Source: Candidatus Zixiibacteriota bacterium (lineage in GTDB: Bacteria; Zixibacteria; MSB-5A5; JAABVY01). Taken from it: a DNA stretch of 64,000 nt. Location of the stretch: NCBI GenBank assembly GCA_014728145.1, contig WJMC01000062.1:558-64557 (forward strand). Direction: 5' to 3'. Below the pieces are notes generated by a model. That model saw only the letters and a program-made list of their open reading frames with translations. It made no database searches and was not told where the DNA came from. Shown here piece after piece: positions 47,201 through 56,618 of the stretch (the first letter of the stretch is position 1; each line of letters starts with the position of its first letter). Made by a program: the position numbers and the translations under genes.

Positions 47201-47858
47201 GGCGATCGGTGGAGACGGATGGGCGTACGATATCGGCTATGGCGGTCTCGATCATGTGATGGCCTCCGGCCGTGATGTCAACGTCCTGGTACTGGATACG
47301 GAAGTTTATTCCAACACCGGCGGTCAGATGTCAAAGGCGACACCGCGTGGGGCTACCGCACAGTTCGCCGCGGCGGGTCGTCCCTCGATGAAAAAGGATC
47401 TGGGGATGATGATGATGGCTTACGGCGATGTCTATGTCGCTCAGGTAGCGATGGGAGCCAGTCTCAACCAGACAATCAAGGCATTTGTGGAAGCCGAGTC
47501 CTACAATGGACCGTCGATCATCATCGCCTACTCTCACTGTATCGCGCACGGGTTCAACATGATCAAAGGGCTCGATGAACAGCAGAAGGCTGTCGATTCG
47601 GGACACTGGATTCTCTATCGATACAATCCAGCCCTTGCCCATGAAGGTAAAAATCCGCTTCAGCTCGATTCCAAAGAGCCGAAGATTCCGTACGAAGAAT
47701 ACGCTTATTCCGAAAACCGCTGGCGTTCGCTGAAGGCGATCAATCCGGATCGCGCGGCCGCACTTATGAAGCTGGCTCAGCAGGATGCCAAGCGTCGCTG
47801 GAATATCTACAAACAGATGTCGGAAATGGATTACACTTTCGCAAAAGTGAGTGAATAA
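44235..47858 (+). CDS. nifJ: Pyruvate:ferredoxin (flavodoxin) oxidoreductase, single-chain PFOR
   Basis: It is 1,207 aa. The N-terminus reads TIDGNTAAAYVAHATNEVIAIYPITPSS. Two 4Fe-4S motifs (CTQCGFCSFVCP, CTGCQLCVEVCP) and a TPP-binding GDG motif are present. Confidence 0.95.
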   Translation: MAETKFQETEEVSKSSAKRRTVTIDGNTAAAYVAHATNEVIAIYPITPSSNMGEMADAKSAAGETNIWGTIPNVVEMQSEGGASGAVHGAITTGSLTTTFTASQGLLLMIPNMFKIAGELTPTVFHVSARAVATHALSIFGDHSDVMATRSTGFGLMASGSVQEVMDLALVAQASALKSQVPFVHFFDGFRTSHEVSKVEEISFNDMRALLPYELIKRHKDRALSPEHPTIKGTSQNPDVFFASRETVNKYYAATPDIVQEQMDKFKQVVGREYKLFQYYGDPEAEHVVIMMGTGSETTHEVVNHLNQQGEKVGLIKVRLYRPFSIKHLAEALPSTVKKIAVLDRTKEPGSLGEPLYTDVQAAIDEAMLAGWTKFKKRPLVVGGRYGLGSAEYNAGMAKSVFDNLKKDETLNHFSVGIKDDVTFHSLDWDNDFDIEGDDVFRGLFYGLGSDGTVGANKNSIKIIGENTDNYAQGYFVYDSKKAGAVTVSHVRFGPNPIQRPYLITKAKFVACHNFSFLEKYDMLSNLVEGGTFLLNSPYSANEVWDKMPKEVQKQIIDKKLDFYVIDGIHLAKELGLGSRINMIMQTAFFAISEILPKDRAVEEIKKAIKKTYGRKGEKIVQMNYDAVDTALKNYHKVDYPNKVTSEISMPPIVPDHAPEFVKNVTAEIIAGRGDKLPVSAFPDDGSYPTATTQYEKRNIAVDIPVWEPDICTQCGFCSFVCPHATIRPKIYDPKYLDDAPEGWKSVDAKGGKNVKGMKYTLQVAPEDCTGCQLCVEVCPAHEKDADGNKTGRRAVNMEFQPPLRERERENWEYFLTIPETDPERYKITTVKGSQFVRPLFEFSGACAGCGETPYVKLVSQLFGDRALMGNATGCSSIYGGNLPTTPFAQRDDGRGPAWSNSLFEDNAEFAFGMRLTVDKMTEFALELLRKVVPEAYDEIANADQSTPMGIELQRERVENLKKKLKGMDTDSAQSLHTVADYLVKKSVWAIGGDGWAYDIGYGGLDHVMASGRDVNVLVLDTEVYSNTGGQMSKATPRGATAQFAAAGRPSMKKDLGMMMMAYGDVYVAQVAMGASLNQTIKAFVEAESYNGPSIIIAYSHCIAHGFNMIKGLDEQQKAVDSGHWILYRYNPALAHEGKNPLQLDSKEPKIPYEEYAYSENRWRSLKAINPDRAAALMKLAQQDAKRRWNIYKQMSEMDYTFAKVSE

Positions 47859-47872
47859 GAATATATTAATTC

Positions 47873-47906
47873 AAAAAAGGCAGTCTCGACGAGACTGCCT
47901 TTTTTG
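47873..47906 (+). terminator. Rho-independent terminator after por
   Basis: A GGCAGTCTC-gac-GAGACTGCC hairpin is followed by T6. Confidence 0.8.
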
Positions 47907-47932
47907 TTGTCTGCCAACAGGTTAAAATCAGA

Positions 47933-47961
47933 TTGACTTCGGCCGAAAAATGTTATATAGT
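47933..47961 (+). promoter_or_regulatory. Sigma-70-like promoter candidate
   Basis: Reads TTGACT-N17-TATAGT. It lies ~60 nt upstream of the TolB-like gene. Confidence 0.4.
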
Positions 47962-48020
47962 CAAAAAATCGGCAACTCGAGAGGGTTCGATTGTATAAAT
48001 GAAAAACGAAAGGACTGCAG

Positions 48021-49007
48021 ATGAAGAACAAGAGACTGGTAAGATTTTCAGGACTGATTTTACTTTCAGCTTTTATTCTAACGACCTTCATGTTCACCAC
48101 AGCTGATTCGCAATCGAAATCCGATGGCAAGATAGCATTTATCAGAAATGATGACGTCTGGTTGATGAATGCCGACGGCACCGGGCAACGCCCCTGGGTG
48201 GCCGGCATTGCTAATGCTAAAGGCCGTTTGACATGGTCGCCAGATGGCGAGAAGCTCGCCTTTGCCAGGCAGGGTAAAGTCGACATTAAATATCCGGGCG
48301 GAGGTGGCGGTTACCATTACCTGTATGATCTCTTCTATGCCTACACAGACAGCATTGGCACAAGCGATAATTTTTACATGGGTTTTACCAACAATCTCGG
48401 TTCACAATCTCCGGACTGGTCCGCGAATGGTGATTTGATCTGCTTCATCTTTGATTACATGGCAAATAATGTGGATGCTACCATGATGGATTACGCGGTA
48501 GGCTTGTACAATACCAGTACACTGGAAAGCCATTACCTCGAGCTACCCGAGGACACACTTGATTTCATGCCCTTGATGCCCTGTATATCTCCTGATGGAG
48601 GCGAGGTCTGTTTCGTGCTCGCCGTACTCGACAATATGCAGTTGAAGAAAAAAGGTTTGGTGATAACTCCCAGCGATGAAATTGCGATGACATCCGGAGA
48701 ACTGCTCGAAATGGCCCAAAAGACCGGCGATGCGAGTTCGCCGGCGTGGTCTCCCGATGGAAAGAAGATCGCTTTTCTGAAAACTGATGGAGTATATGTC
48801 TGCGACAACAAACTCGAAAATACTCGTCTGGTCACAAAACCTGAGGAGGGTTTGTGGCTGACCGGCAATCCGACCTGGTCACCCGACTCCAAAAAGCTGG
48901 CGTTTTCGACCTCCAACGGCTCGATCTACACGGTTAACCTGGATGGTTCCGGGATGAAGCGCATCTCCGGACCGGGATCGGATATCAATCCAGCCTGGTC
49001 GCATTAG
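48021..49007 (+). CDS. Secreted TolB-like WD40/PD40 beta-propeller repeat protein
   Basis: A signal peptide is present. Repeats read ...GKIAFIRNDDVWLMNADGTGQRPW..., ...WSPDGEKLAFAR... and ...WSPDGKKIAF.... Confidence 0.65.
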   Translation: MKNKRLVRFSGLILLSAFILTTFMFTTADSQSKSDGKIAFIRNDDVWLMNADGTGQRPWVAGIANAKGRLTWSPDGEKLAFARQGKVDIKYPGGGGGYHYLYDLFYAYTDSIGTSDNFYMGFTNNLGSQSPDWSANGDLICFIFDYMANNVDATMMDYAVGLYNTSTLESHYLELPEDTLDFMPLMPCISPDGGEVCFVLAVLDNMQLKKKGLVITPSDEIAMTSGELLEMAQKTGDASSPAWSPDGKKIAFLKTDGVYVCDNKLENTRLVTKPEEGLWLTGNPTWSPDSKKLAFSTSNGSIYTVNLDGSGMKRISGPGSDINPAWSH

Positions 49008-49036
49008 ATAAATTTGACTGTATTTGAAGCCGCTCA

Positions 49037-49068
49037 AAATCGGGTGGCTTTTTTTATTTCCAGTTGCG
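49037..49068. terminator. Probable bidirectional terminator between the convergent TolB-like gene and pepA
   Basis: An imperfect hairpin (AGCCGC...GTGGCT, one G·U) is followed by T7; the prediction is weaker. Confidence 0.4.
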
Positions 49069-50553
49069 CAAGAACTCCAGAATCAGCCTGACACCGTAGC
49101 CGGAAGAGCCTTTCGGTTTATATGCTCCCCCCTTGTATTCGACATCGAGAGCGGCCATGTCGATATGAGCCCAGGGGAAATCACCGGTGAAGTTATTAAG
49201 AAAAGCGGCGGCGGTACAGGTTCCGGCCGGTCGTCCGCCTGTATTTTTAATATCCGCGATAGAAGACTTAATCTGCTCCTGGTAATCCTTCCAGAGAGGC
49301 ATCTCCCAGATCCTCTCCCCCGAATTATCGGCAGCCTGGTTAAACTGTTTGCGCAGTTTATCGTTATTGACAAAAAACGCGGCGGCGGCAAATCCGAGAG
49401 CGATTTTGGCCGCTCCGGTCAAAGTCGCCACGTCAATGATGGCGGCCGGTTTCAGCCTGTGCGAATACGCCAGCGCGTCAGCAAGTATCAAGCGACCCTC
49501 GGCATCAGTATTGAGCACTTCCACAGTGACACCATTTAACGCAGTCAATACATCGCCCGGCTTGTATGCAGACCCCGAGGGCAGATTCTCGGTAGTCGGA
49601 ACCAGCGCCACCAGGTTGACCGGAAGCTTCAGCTGGGCGGCAGAAGCGATCGAGGCTATCACGCAGGCGGCACCGCCCATGTCACCTTTCATCTCGTCCA
49701 TGTTAGCTGCAGGTTTGATCGAGATTCCACCTGAATCAAAAGTTATCCCCTTACCTACCAGGCAAACCGGTTTCTGGGGAGCCCGCGGACCCTTGTAGCT
49801 CATGATGATGAAATGCACCGGTTTATCAGACCCGGCATTGACCGCCAGCAGGCAGTTCATCTTGAGACGAGCGATCTGCGCCTCCGATAACACCTTGCAC
49901 TGGAACTTATACTGTTTGGCGAGGTTGCGACAAACCCGCGCCATCTCCTGCGGGGTAAGATAGTTTGATGGATGCCCGATCAGTTCGCGCGAGAGATTCT
50001 GGCCCCAGCCTGCTATCCTGCCGGTTTTTATGCCATCTTCAAACGAAGGTTTGTTGGTCTTTTGCGGAGCAATCAAAACGATCCGTTCAGGCCATTTGCT
50101 CCTCTGCTTAGCATCCTTGTAACGCGTATATTCATAAGAGCCGAGAACTATACCCTCGACAATCGACTGTGACATGGCCGAATGATCTTTATCCATATTG
50201 AACTTATCCGGGATCAGCAAACTGACAGTTTTGAACTTGCGGTTTTTTAGAGCGGTAATCATGTTACCGCCGAAAACACGCAGGCTTTCACGATCGATTT
50301 GCTTAACAGAACCTGCTCCGCAAATCAACAGCATATCGGTGTTTTTGATGGAATCATCCTGAAGGTACACCGTCTCGCCCGCTTTGCCACTCAAGACTCC
50401 CCTTGAGACCATAGACTTTACGCGATTTTCAATATTTTTGGGCAGGGCCTTGAGATGTTGATTGCTTCTGGCATCATCGGAAAACAGCGGGATTACCATG
50501 CAGTCCGACTTCAGCCTGGCAGGTGCCTGGGTATGTGATTTAAATTGCATCAT
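49054..50553 (-). CDS. pepA: Leucyl aminopeptidase (M17 family)
   Basis: Carries the NTDAEGRL active-site motif and metal ligands, with the characteristic two-domain length. Confidence 0.9.
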   Translation of the reverse strand: MMQFKSHTQAPARLKSDCMVIPLFSDDARSNQHLKALPKNIENRVKSMVSRGVLSGKAGETVYLQDDSIKNTDMLLICGAGSVKQIDRESLRVFGGNMITALKNRKFKTVSLLIPDKFNMDKDHSAMSQSIVEGIVLGSYEYTRYKDAKQRSKWPERIVLIAPQKTNKPSFEDGIKTGRIAGWGQNLSRELIGHPSNYLTPQEMARVCRNLAKQYKFQCKVLSEAQIARLKMNCLLAVNAGSDKPVHFIIMSYKGPRAPQKPVCLVGKGITFDSGGISIKPAANMDEMKGDMGGAACVIASIASAAQLKLPVNLVALVPTTENLPSGSAYKPGDVLTALNGVTVEVLNTDAEGRLILADALAYSHRLKPAAIIDVATLTGAAKIALGFAAAAFFVNNDKLRKQFNQAADNSGERIWEMPLWKDYQEQIKSSIADIKNTGGRPAGTCTAAAFLNNFTGDFPWAHIDMAALDVEYKGGAYKPKGSSGYGVRLILEFLRNWK

Positions 50554-50681
50554 TCCTCCGACTATATCTTTATTGTTATTTTCAAATCCTGAATACCAGA
50601 CATTTAAGATAATCGAAAAGAACGTGATTACAATATTAAATTGCGGGGGAGTAAATCAGAATGAATCGAGAATAAAAATGA

Positions 50682-51989
50682 TCAACTCATCTGGCGTTGC
50701 TTCATGGTCTTCATACGCCGTTCGATGTTATCATCGATATTGATAGCACTGGAATGCACGTAGAAGTTGGCATCTTCCAGATCCGTCAGAGACTTCAGCT
50801 CTTCCAGCACAGCCAGAATCTTAGTCAGTGAGGAATCGATTACGTCGAGGGCCGGTCCGAGCTTATTTTGAGTATCCGAGACCATTCCCTCCTGCATCAG
50901 GCGCGCAATTAGCTGGATCCTCCCGGAGATCACCGTAGCGGCGTTATTGAGATAGTGAGAAAGCGTTGCCACGGCGATGTTTTTGGATTTCATTGCACCC
51001 AGCTTGCGTTCTTCCTCGATTATCCGGCGTGAGAGATCCTGGCGCTGTCTGAATAGATTCTCGATGGTTACATAGGTTTGCATCAACTGCTTATTGGCTT
51101 TTTCCAGAAGTTTAATCGGATCGCCGCACTCTATACCGAGATGCTCCGCGGCCTGGAAAGTCTCCTGGAAAATCTTTTCATTTACTTCCGACAGCATCTC
51201 CTGGGTCACCTCAAGAGATTGAGCCAGGGCGTTAATGTCCTGAATCGACTGCTCCAGAATCCTGCCGGAAGCCGAAAAGAAATGACGATTGAGCAGATTT
51301 GCTAAAGCGACGATACGATCCAGTCCGTCGTAATTATCATATTGCTTGTAATTGATGATTCTATGATGATTGCCAATCGCATTCTGCAAAGTGGAGGGCA
51401 GTTGCCAGCGCCTGCTTATCAGGTAACCTATTTCAGCATGATCGGTATCAAACGCCTCGCGCTCCATCTCTACCAGCGGCAACCCGGAATCATGTTTGTC
51501 GAGAATCTCGAGATACTCCTTCGGTGCGGCCTTGAGCATAAATATCATACCGATATCGTGAAGCAGACCGGCGGTAAAGGCTTCCTCCGATTTGGTAGCA
51601 CCGGTCATCTCGGCCAGATACTTGGCAGAGATCGCGGTACTCAAAAAATGTGTATACAGACCTTGTATATCAAAGGTGAACTTTTCTTTAGATTGTTTGG
51701 GTGGAGTAAAGATGGCGATTGACAATGCCAGGCATTTGACCATAGATGCCCCGAGAACAACAACAGCCCGATTGACTGTCGAGATCTCCGCGCTCTGGCG
51801 ATAATATGTCGAGTTTGCCATCCGCAGAATGTGAGCAGTCAGGCCGGGATCCTTGGAGATCACCGAAGCTATCGCCTTGGCTGACCAGTCATCACCCTCA
51901 ACTGCCTGGAGAACCTCCAGAAGAGTCTGCGGGAGACTAAAAACTTCATCGACTTTTTCCAGGCGGGAAAGCAGATCTAATTTAGGCAT
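50682..51989 (-). CDS. HDOD-domain signalling protein with a C-terminal histidine-kinase DHp-like segment but no catalytic ATPase domain
   Basis: The HDOD block is ...LPQTLLEVLQAV...ILRMANSTYY...VVVLGASMV...LHDIGMIFM. The C-terminus LSHYLNNAATVISGRIQLI is H-box-like. Confidence 0.7.
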   Translation of the reverse strand: MPKLDLLSRLEKVDEVFSLPQTLLEVLQAVEGDDWSAKAIASVISKDPGLTAHILRMANSTYYRQSAEISTVNRAVVVLGASMVKCLALSIAIFTPPKQSKEKFTFDIQGLYTHFLSTAISAKYLAEMTGATKSEEAFTAGLLHDIGMIFMLKAAPKEYLEILDKHDSGLPLVEMEREAFDTDHAEIGYLISRRWQLPSTLQNAIGNHHRIINYKQYDNYDGLDRIVALANLLNRHFFSASGRILEQSIQDINALAQSLEVTQEMLSEVNEKIFQETFQAAEHLGIECGDPIKLLEKANKQLMQTYVTIENLFRQRQDLSRRIIEEERKLGAMKSKNIAVATLSHYLNNAATVISGRIQLIARLMQEGMVSDTQNKLGPALDVIDSSLTKILAVLEELKSLTDLEDANFYVHSSAINIDDNIERRMKTMKQRQMS

Positions 51990-52108
51990 AAGCTACCTTG
52001 TTTCCAGTGTTCAGTATTTCTATCGGTAGAAAAACAGCATTGTTTATCAGGGAAACCGATAATAGGGGACAAATGATTAGAATTTCAGAAATAGTGTCAT
52101 CAGATGAT

Positions 52109-54988
52109 TCAAGATGCCGGCAGGTGTTTTTTTACGGCCGCCTTGATCATCTCGCCCAGCTGTTCCATTCTGAAAGGCTTGGACAGGATGTAGTCAGCGA
52201 GATCGTCGGGAGCTTTGCGCTGGGCTTCTTCAATCCCCCATCCGGAGATAATTATAACCGGGATTTCCGGGTTTTTACGGCGTATACGACGGGCGACCTC
52301 CCAGCCGTCGAGATCGGGAAGTCCCAGATCGGTAATCAACAGGTCATAGTGATTACGTTCATAAGCTTGAAGACCGCTGGTACCATCAGGGAAAATATCA
52401 TAAGCATAGCCTAATTCACTCAGCATACTCGACAGCAGGTCACGGATCATTTCCTGGTCGTCGATAGCCAGCACCGACATTTTATCCGGTCTCACGGTGC
52501 GACGTTTACGAACTGCCGGCAGTCGGGGAAATCTCAAAACCAGTACTCGACCACGACCATCCAAATCGTCAAAACAATAGCTGATATCGTCATCTCGTGC
52601 GACTTCGCGGTCAGGGAACTCTTTCAACGGCAGGTACCTGTAACTCTCGATGTCGATAGCCACATCGCCCAAAACGGTTTCACTGACGACGAAAAATATC
52701 CCCCGATCAGTATCTAAAAGCCTGATGGACAATTCTTCTTCGGGTTGCCATTTCTTTCTGACATAGTTAAACAAACTGCTGAACAAGGAACGTACTTTGT
52801 TGTCATCGAGCGGGGTAATCGCCTCGCTTTCGGGCAGGCAATCGAAATAGAGATCTGGATGGTCCCTGAGACCGATACGGTTGCGATGATTATCTGACAT
52901 GTTTTGGGTCATCGACTTGAGTACGGAATCGATCGATGACCTGGGTGGCGCGGCCTCTTCGATTATCTCGGTGCGTTCCTGCAGTTTCTGGATCAGCCGG
53001 CCGGCACGGAAAGCTTCATCGGCGATCTTGTCGAGGTTTAAAAGCACCTGGTGTTTGTTCTCGAGATCTTCGTTTTTCATACCGAAAGCCAGCAACTGGG
53101 CATTACCCAAAATTCCGGTCAGGATATTGTTGACATAGTTCAACTCCTCCATCTCTTCAGTTTTGAGCTTAACTCCCGGCAGTTTTTTGAGTTCGTAATG
53201 CTCCATTCTGTTCAGGGCAAGTTTGAGCGCCTGGTCGATAACCGGCCAGACTGACTTGAGCCCGACTTTACCGAGTGGATTTTCAGGCACCGTCAAAAAG
53301 AGGTTATAGCGACTGGCAGATATATTCAATGGCAGAAGATACAACCTCTGGTTTTCAGCCTGCCTGAATTCAGCTATCAGGCTCTTGAGCTCGGTACTCC
53401 TTGAGTCGGCCACGAGGCTGTCGAATAGATTCGTGTCTTCCAAAAGCATCAGGTCGTCTGACATGAACAAGCGCACCATCCGGCGCGAATCGAAATTGTA
53501 GGTACGCCCGGTCAGCGGACAGTTTTTGCTGTCGAGTACAGCCTTGAATGAATAATTCCCGGCCTCCAGGTTGACTTTTGCCAAAAGCCCGTTTTTTACG
53601 TCTATGCCGAACCAGGTCATGCACTTCTGGAGGACCTCGAGCAGTTTATCATGGGAACGTATATCCTCGAACTCCGCCGGTACACGAGTCAGGCGGGACA
53701 GTTGCGTACCGTGTTCGTTCGTTTTGACCAAAAGATCGAAAATGCGCAGGTAGATTTTAATCGCCTCTATATCAGCAGACTCGAAATCCGGATAATCGAC
53801 ACCACAGTACATTACTGTCACGAAAGCATTGGCTGAACCCGGCGCCGACGGCAATACCATAGTCTTGAATGCCCCTTCCGGAGTGTCGGAGCGGATAATC
53901 AGCGATTTTTTATTGCGTATCGACTTGTAATAATGATCCGTGAGATCATGGGGAAGGTCAGGCTGTGTTCCCATGGTAACAAGCGTATGAAGACCGTTGC
54001 TTTCGATCTTAAAAATCCGTGCCGCCTCGGCATTAAAGCGATTCGCGAAAATGCGTAAAAGTGATTGCATCGATTTACCCAGATCACGGGTATTATTGAG
54101 CGCACCCAGGGCTTTACGCGCAAACTCTCCGCTCTTTCTAAATTCCTCATATCTGCCCTGGTAATCTCGAAGGTCACGCTCCATCCGAAACGAGGCTACA
54201 GCCGGACCGATAATGTTAGCGGCTGAAACCGCCAGTTGCATCCTGCGACGGTCGAAGAAATATTCGCGTTCCGAGAATAAAGCGATCACTCCGGTCACAC
54301 CTCCACGCGAAATCAAGGGGATTGCAATCAAGGACTTGCAGGATGAACCCGCAAGCATCTGAGAGGTTGTCCGATCTGCATCGGAAACATTCCCGATCGA
54401 CTGCGGTCTCCCGGATGACTGCGCGCGATAGAACAGGCTGGATGGACTGTCGATGAGTTCTAAACTTTTCTCAAGCTCTCGGGGAAGATCCTGATGAACC
54501 GCAAGAATCAATTTTTGCTGGTTGGGATTGTGGATAAACACCGCGCCATAATCAGCTGAGGTCTCCTCGACGATCTGCCTGACGGAGAAATTAAGGAGCT
54601 CGATAAGGGTAACCGCCTGGTTAGCGCTGTCATGGATCGAGTCGAGAAATTCGAGACGGTCCTTTTTTTCAAGATCCCGTGCCCGGTTATTTATCAGTTT
54701 TTTAAACGAGAAAAATACCGCTATCAAAACAACAAGCCACCCGCTAATCCTGAGGGCTATGGAGGTAATTGAAATAATCTCGACTGCACGCGGGACAATC
54801 ATTGTGGAGATAACCTCGTAACTCATTAATGCCGAGACTATATCAACCACGAAGACGACCAGAAAACCAGCCATCATCCAGCCGGTATGTCTTATGCCCG
54901 CTTCATGCAGACGGCCTGAAATCGAGACTGTCACAATCGCGAAAACCATCGCGATAAAAGCCTCTATGAAATAATACGCCGTATCCAT
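52109..54988 (-). CDS. Membrane sensor with GAF-type domains, a degenerate histidine-kinase-like core (no phospho-acceptor His) and a C-terminal receiver (REC) domain
   Basis: The likely start is MDTAYYF, behind a GGGGG RBS. The track ORF starts at a GTG at 55012. It has 3-4 N-terminal transmembrane helices. The H-box-like VNNILTGILGNAQLL has Asn where His is expected. The C-terminal receiver reads VLAIDDQEMIRDL...DLLITDLGLPDLDG...IPVIIISG. Confidence 0.65.
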   Translation of the reverse strand: MDTAYYFIEAFIAMVFAIVTVSISGRLHEAGIRHTGWMMAGFLVVFVVDIVSALMSYEVISTMIVPRAVEIISITSIALRISGWLVVLIAVFFSFKKLINNRARDLEKKDRLEFLDSIHDSANQAVTLIELLNFSVRQIVEETSADYGAVFIHNPNQQKLILAVHQDLPRELEKSLELIDSPSSLFYRAQSSGRPQSIGNVSDADRTTSQMLAGSSCKSLIAIPLISRGGVTGVIALFSEREYFFDRRRMQLAVSAANIIGPAVASFRMERDLRDYQGRYEEFRKSGEFARKALGALNNTRDLGKSMQSLLRIFANRFNAEAARIFKIESNGLHTLVTMGTQPDLPHDLTDHYYKSIRNKKSLIIRSDTPEGAFKTMVLPSAPGSANAFVTVMYCGVDYPDFESADIEAIKIYLRIFDLLVKTNEHGTQLSRLTRVPAEFEDIRSHDKLLEVLQKCMTWFGIDVKNGLLAKVNLEAGNYSFKAVLDSKNCPLTGRTYNFDSRRMVRLFMSDDLMLLEDTNLFDSLVADSRSTELKSLIAEFRQAENQRLYLLPLNISASRYNLFLTVPENPLGKVGLKSVWPVIDQALKLALNRMEHYELKKLPGVKLKTEEMEELNYVNNILTGILGNAQLLAFGMKNEDLENKHQVLLNLDKIADEAFRAGRLIQKLQERTEIIEEAAPPRSSIDSVLKSMTQNMSDNHRNRIGLRDHPDLYFDCLPESEAITPLDDNKVRSLFSSLFNYVRKKWQPEEELSIRLLDTDRGIFFVVSETVLGDVAIDIESYRYLPLKEFPDREVARDDDISYCFDDLDGRGRVLVLRFPRLPAVRKRRTVRPDKMSVLAIDDQEMIRDLLSSMLSELGYAYDIFPDGTSGLQAYERNHYDLLITDLGLPDLDGWEVARRIRRKNPEIPVIIISGWGIEEAQRKAPDDLADYILSKPFRMEQLGEMIKAAVKKHLPAS

Positions 54989-54992
54989 ACAG

Positions 54993-56282
54993 CTACCCCC
55001 GAATTCTCTCACCGATTAACGTCGTATATGTTGAATCTACTATCTTTGCTTTAACCAGATTTCCGATAGAACCGGCAGTTTGTCTGACAACGCAATTCAA
55101 CCCACCTTCGTTTTTACCCAGGCCGTCAGCTTCGTCATGACGCGCGCTCTTTTCGATCAGCACCTCCTGGACCGAACCGACCCGGGAAGCCATGCGCTTC
55201 TCGGAAATGCTTTTCTGCGTATCGATCAATTCCTCCAGTCGGGACAGCTTCTCCGTTTCGGGGACATCGTCTTTGAAACCGGCCGCTTTCGTTGTCTCCC
55301 GCACCGAATAACGAAACATGAATGCGGAATCATACTCGAGCTTGCGGACAGCTTCGAGAGTGCGCTCAAAATCAACGCGAGTTTCGCCGGGAAAGCCGAC
55401 AATGATATCAGTTGTCAGGACCACATCGGGAATCATTTTCTTCAAAAGCTCAACTTTTCCGGCGTAATCTTCGATTGTGTACCTGCGGTTCATGCGTTTT
55501 AAAACCGGATTGGATCCGGACTGAAGCGGAAGGTGAATCCCGGAACAAATACGATCAGATGAAGCCATGATCTCGATCAACTCTTCCGAGAAGTCCCTGG
55601 GATGAGAGGTCAAGAACCTGATCCTGGGAACTTCGGTATTTTGCAGAATCATTTTCAGCAACGCTACGAAATCGAGCTGTTCATGACGGTACGAATTGAC
55701 GTTCTGCCCCAGAAGCCAGATCTCACGTACCCCGGATTGTTCCAGTTGATTGACTTCCGCGATTATATTTTCGGGAGCTCGACAGCGTTCACGTCCGCGT
55801 ACATGAGGCACGATACAGTAAGTACAGAAGTTGTTACAGCCCCTCATTATCGTGACATACTCCGACAGACTGCTTCGGCCTTCCAGCGCCGGGAATTCGA
55901 TTTGATCGTCGATTCCAGAGGTATCGACTACCGGTGAATCGAGTTCTTCTGCCACCAGTTCGGCCAGCTGAGTAAAGCGTGTGGTTCCCAGCACAAAACG
56001 AACATTCGGGTTGGCATCAAGCAACCGATCTCCCATCCTCTGAGCCATACATCCAATTACAGCGACCTGCCTGGGATGGCCGTTGGAGGTTATACTGCGA
56101 ATCCTTCCGAGGGCACGCTCCTCCGCCTTATGGCGTACCGAGCATGTGTTCAGTATCACCAGATCAGCATCCTCTTCCCTGTCGGCTCTGACAAGCCCGC
56201 GGGAATTCAGCAATCGCTCAACCAGATGCGAATCATACTCGTTCATCTGACATCCATATGTCTCGAGATAGTACTTTTTCAT
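54993..56282 (-). CDS. miaB: tRNA methylthiotransferase of the MiaB/RimO family (radical SAM + TRAM)
   Basis: The N-terminus reads YLETYGCQMNEYDS. The radical-SAM motif is GCNNFCTYCIV. A C-terminal TRAM domain is present. Confidence 0.8.
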   Translation of the reverse strand: MKKYYLETYGCQMNEYDSHLVERLLNSRGLVRADREEDADLVILNTCSVRHKAEERALGRIRSITSNGHPRQVAVIGCMAQRMGDRLLDANPNVRFVLGTTRFTQLAELVAEELDSPVVDTSGIDDQIEFPALEGRSSLSEYVTIMRGCNNFCTYCIVPHVRGRERCRAPENIIAEVNQLEQSGVREIWLLGQNVNSYRHEQLDFVALLKMILQNTEVPRIRFLTSHPRDFSEELIEIMASSDRICSGIHLPLQSGSNPVLKRMNRRYTIEDYAGKVELLKKMIPDVVLTTDIIVGFPGETRVDFERTLEAVRKLEYDSAFMFRYSVRETTKAAGFKDDVPETEKLSRLEELIDTQKSISEKRMASRVGSVQEVLIEKSARHDEADGLGKNEGGLNCVVRQTAGSIGNLVKAKIVDSTYTTLIGERIRG

Positions 56283-56350
56283 ATCCGTTACTCACCCGGG
56301 AAGTAAAATGCGAGATTCAGATTCCGAAAACGGACCTGAATGAACAGCCG

Positions 56351-56503
56351 TTAGCCCTTTTTATCCTGTTTCAAGATAATGTAAACACCGATAATAATTA
56401 ACACCAGCGGCCAGAACCATTTCCAGAAACCGCCCTCGAGCACTCCAAGATTATTCAGTAATATCAGTGCACCAATCAGTATAAGTAAAAGCCCGGGAAA
56501 CAT
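56351..56503 (-). CDS. Possible 50-aa small membrane protein with two hydrophobic helices, below the ORF-track size cutoff
   Basis: Hand translation of the reverse complement gives MFPGLLLILIGALILLNNLGVLEGGFWKWFWPLVLIIIGVYIILKQDKKG. No clear RBS is visible. Confidence 0.3.
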   Translation of the reverse strand: MFPGLLLILIGALILLNNLGVLEGGFWKWFWPLVLIIIGVYIILKQDKKG

Positions 56504-56564
56504 AAAGAAAAGATAAGGCTTTTTATACCGGCGGCAAATACTTTTTACACCATAGAAATATAAA

Positions 56565-56592
56565 AAGCGCGACCGAGTAAGCCGCGCTTACA
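56565..56592 (-). terminator. Rho-independent terminator after the M1 peptidase gene
   Basis: An AAGCGCG...CGCGCTT hairpin is followed by a U-run on the minus strand. Confidence 0.6.
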
Positions 56593-56618
56593 TATAGTCC
56601 AGGCATTAATTGTACATT

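Noticed and set aside
44363..47642. Minus-strand ORFs of 60-160 aa inside por, and similar antisense ORFs inside pilQ, the FAD oxidase, the sensor gene and lon
   Set aside because: They lie antisense within confidently assigned long genes and have no RBS or domain signal.
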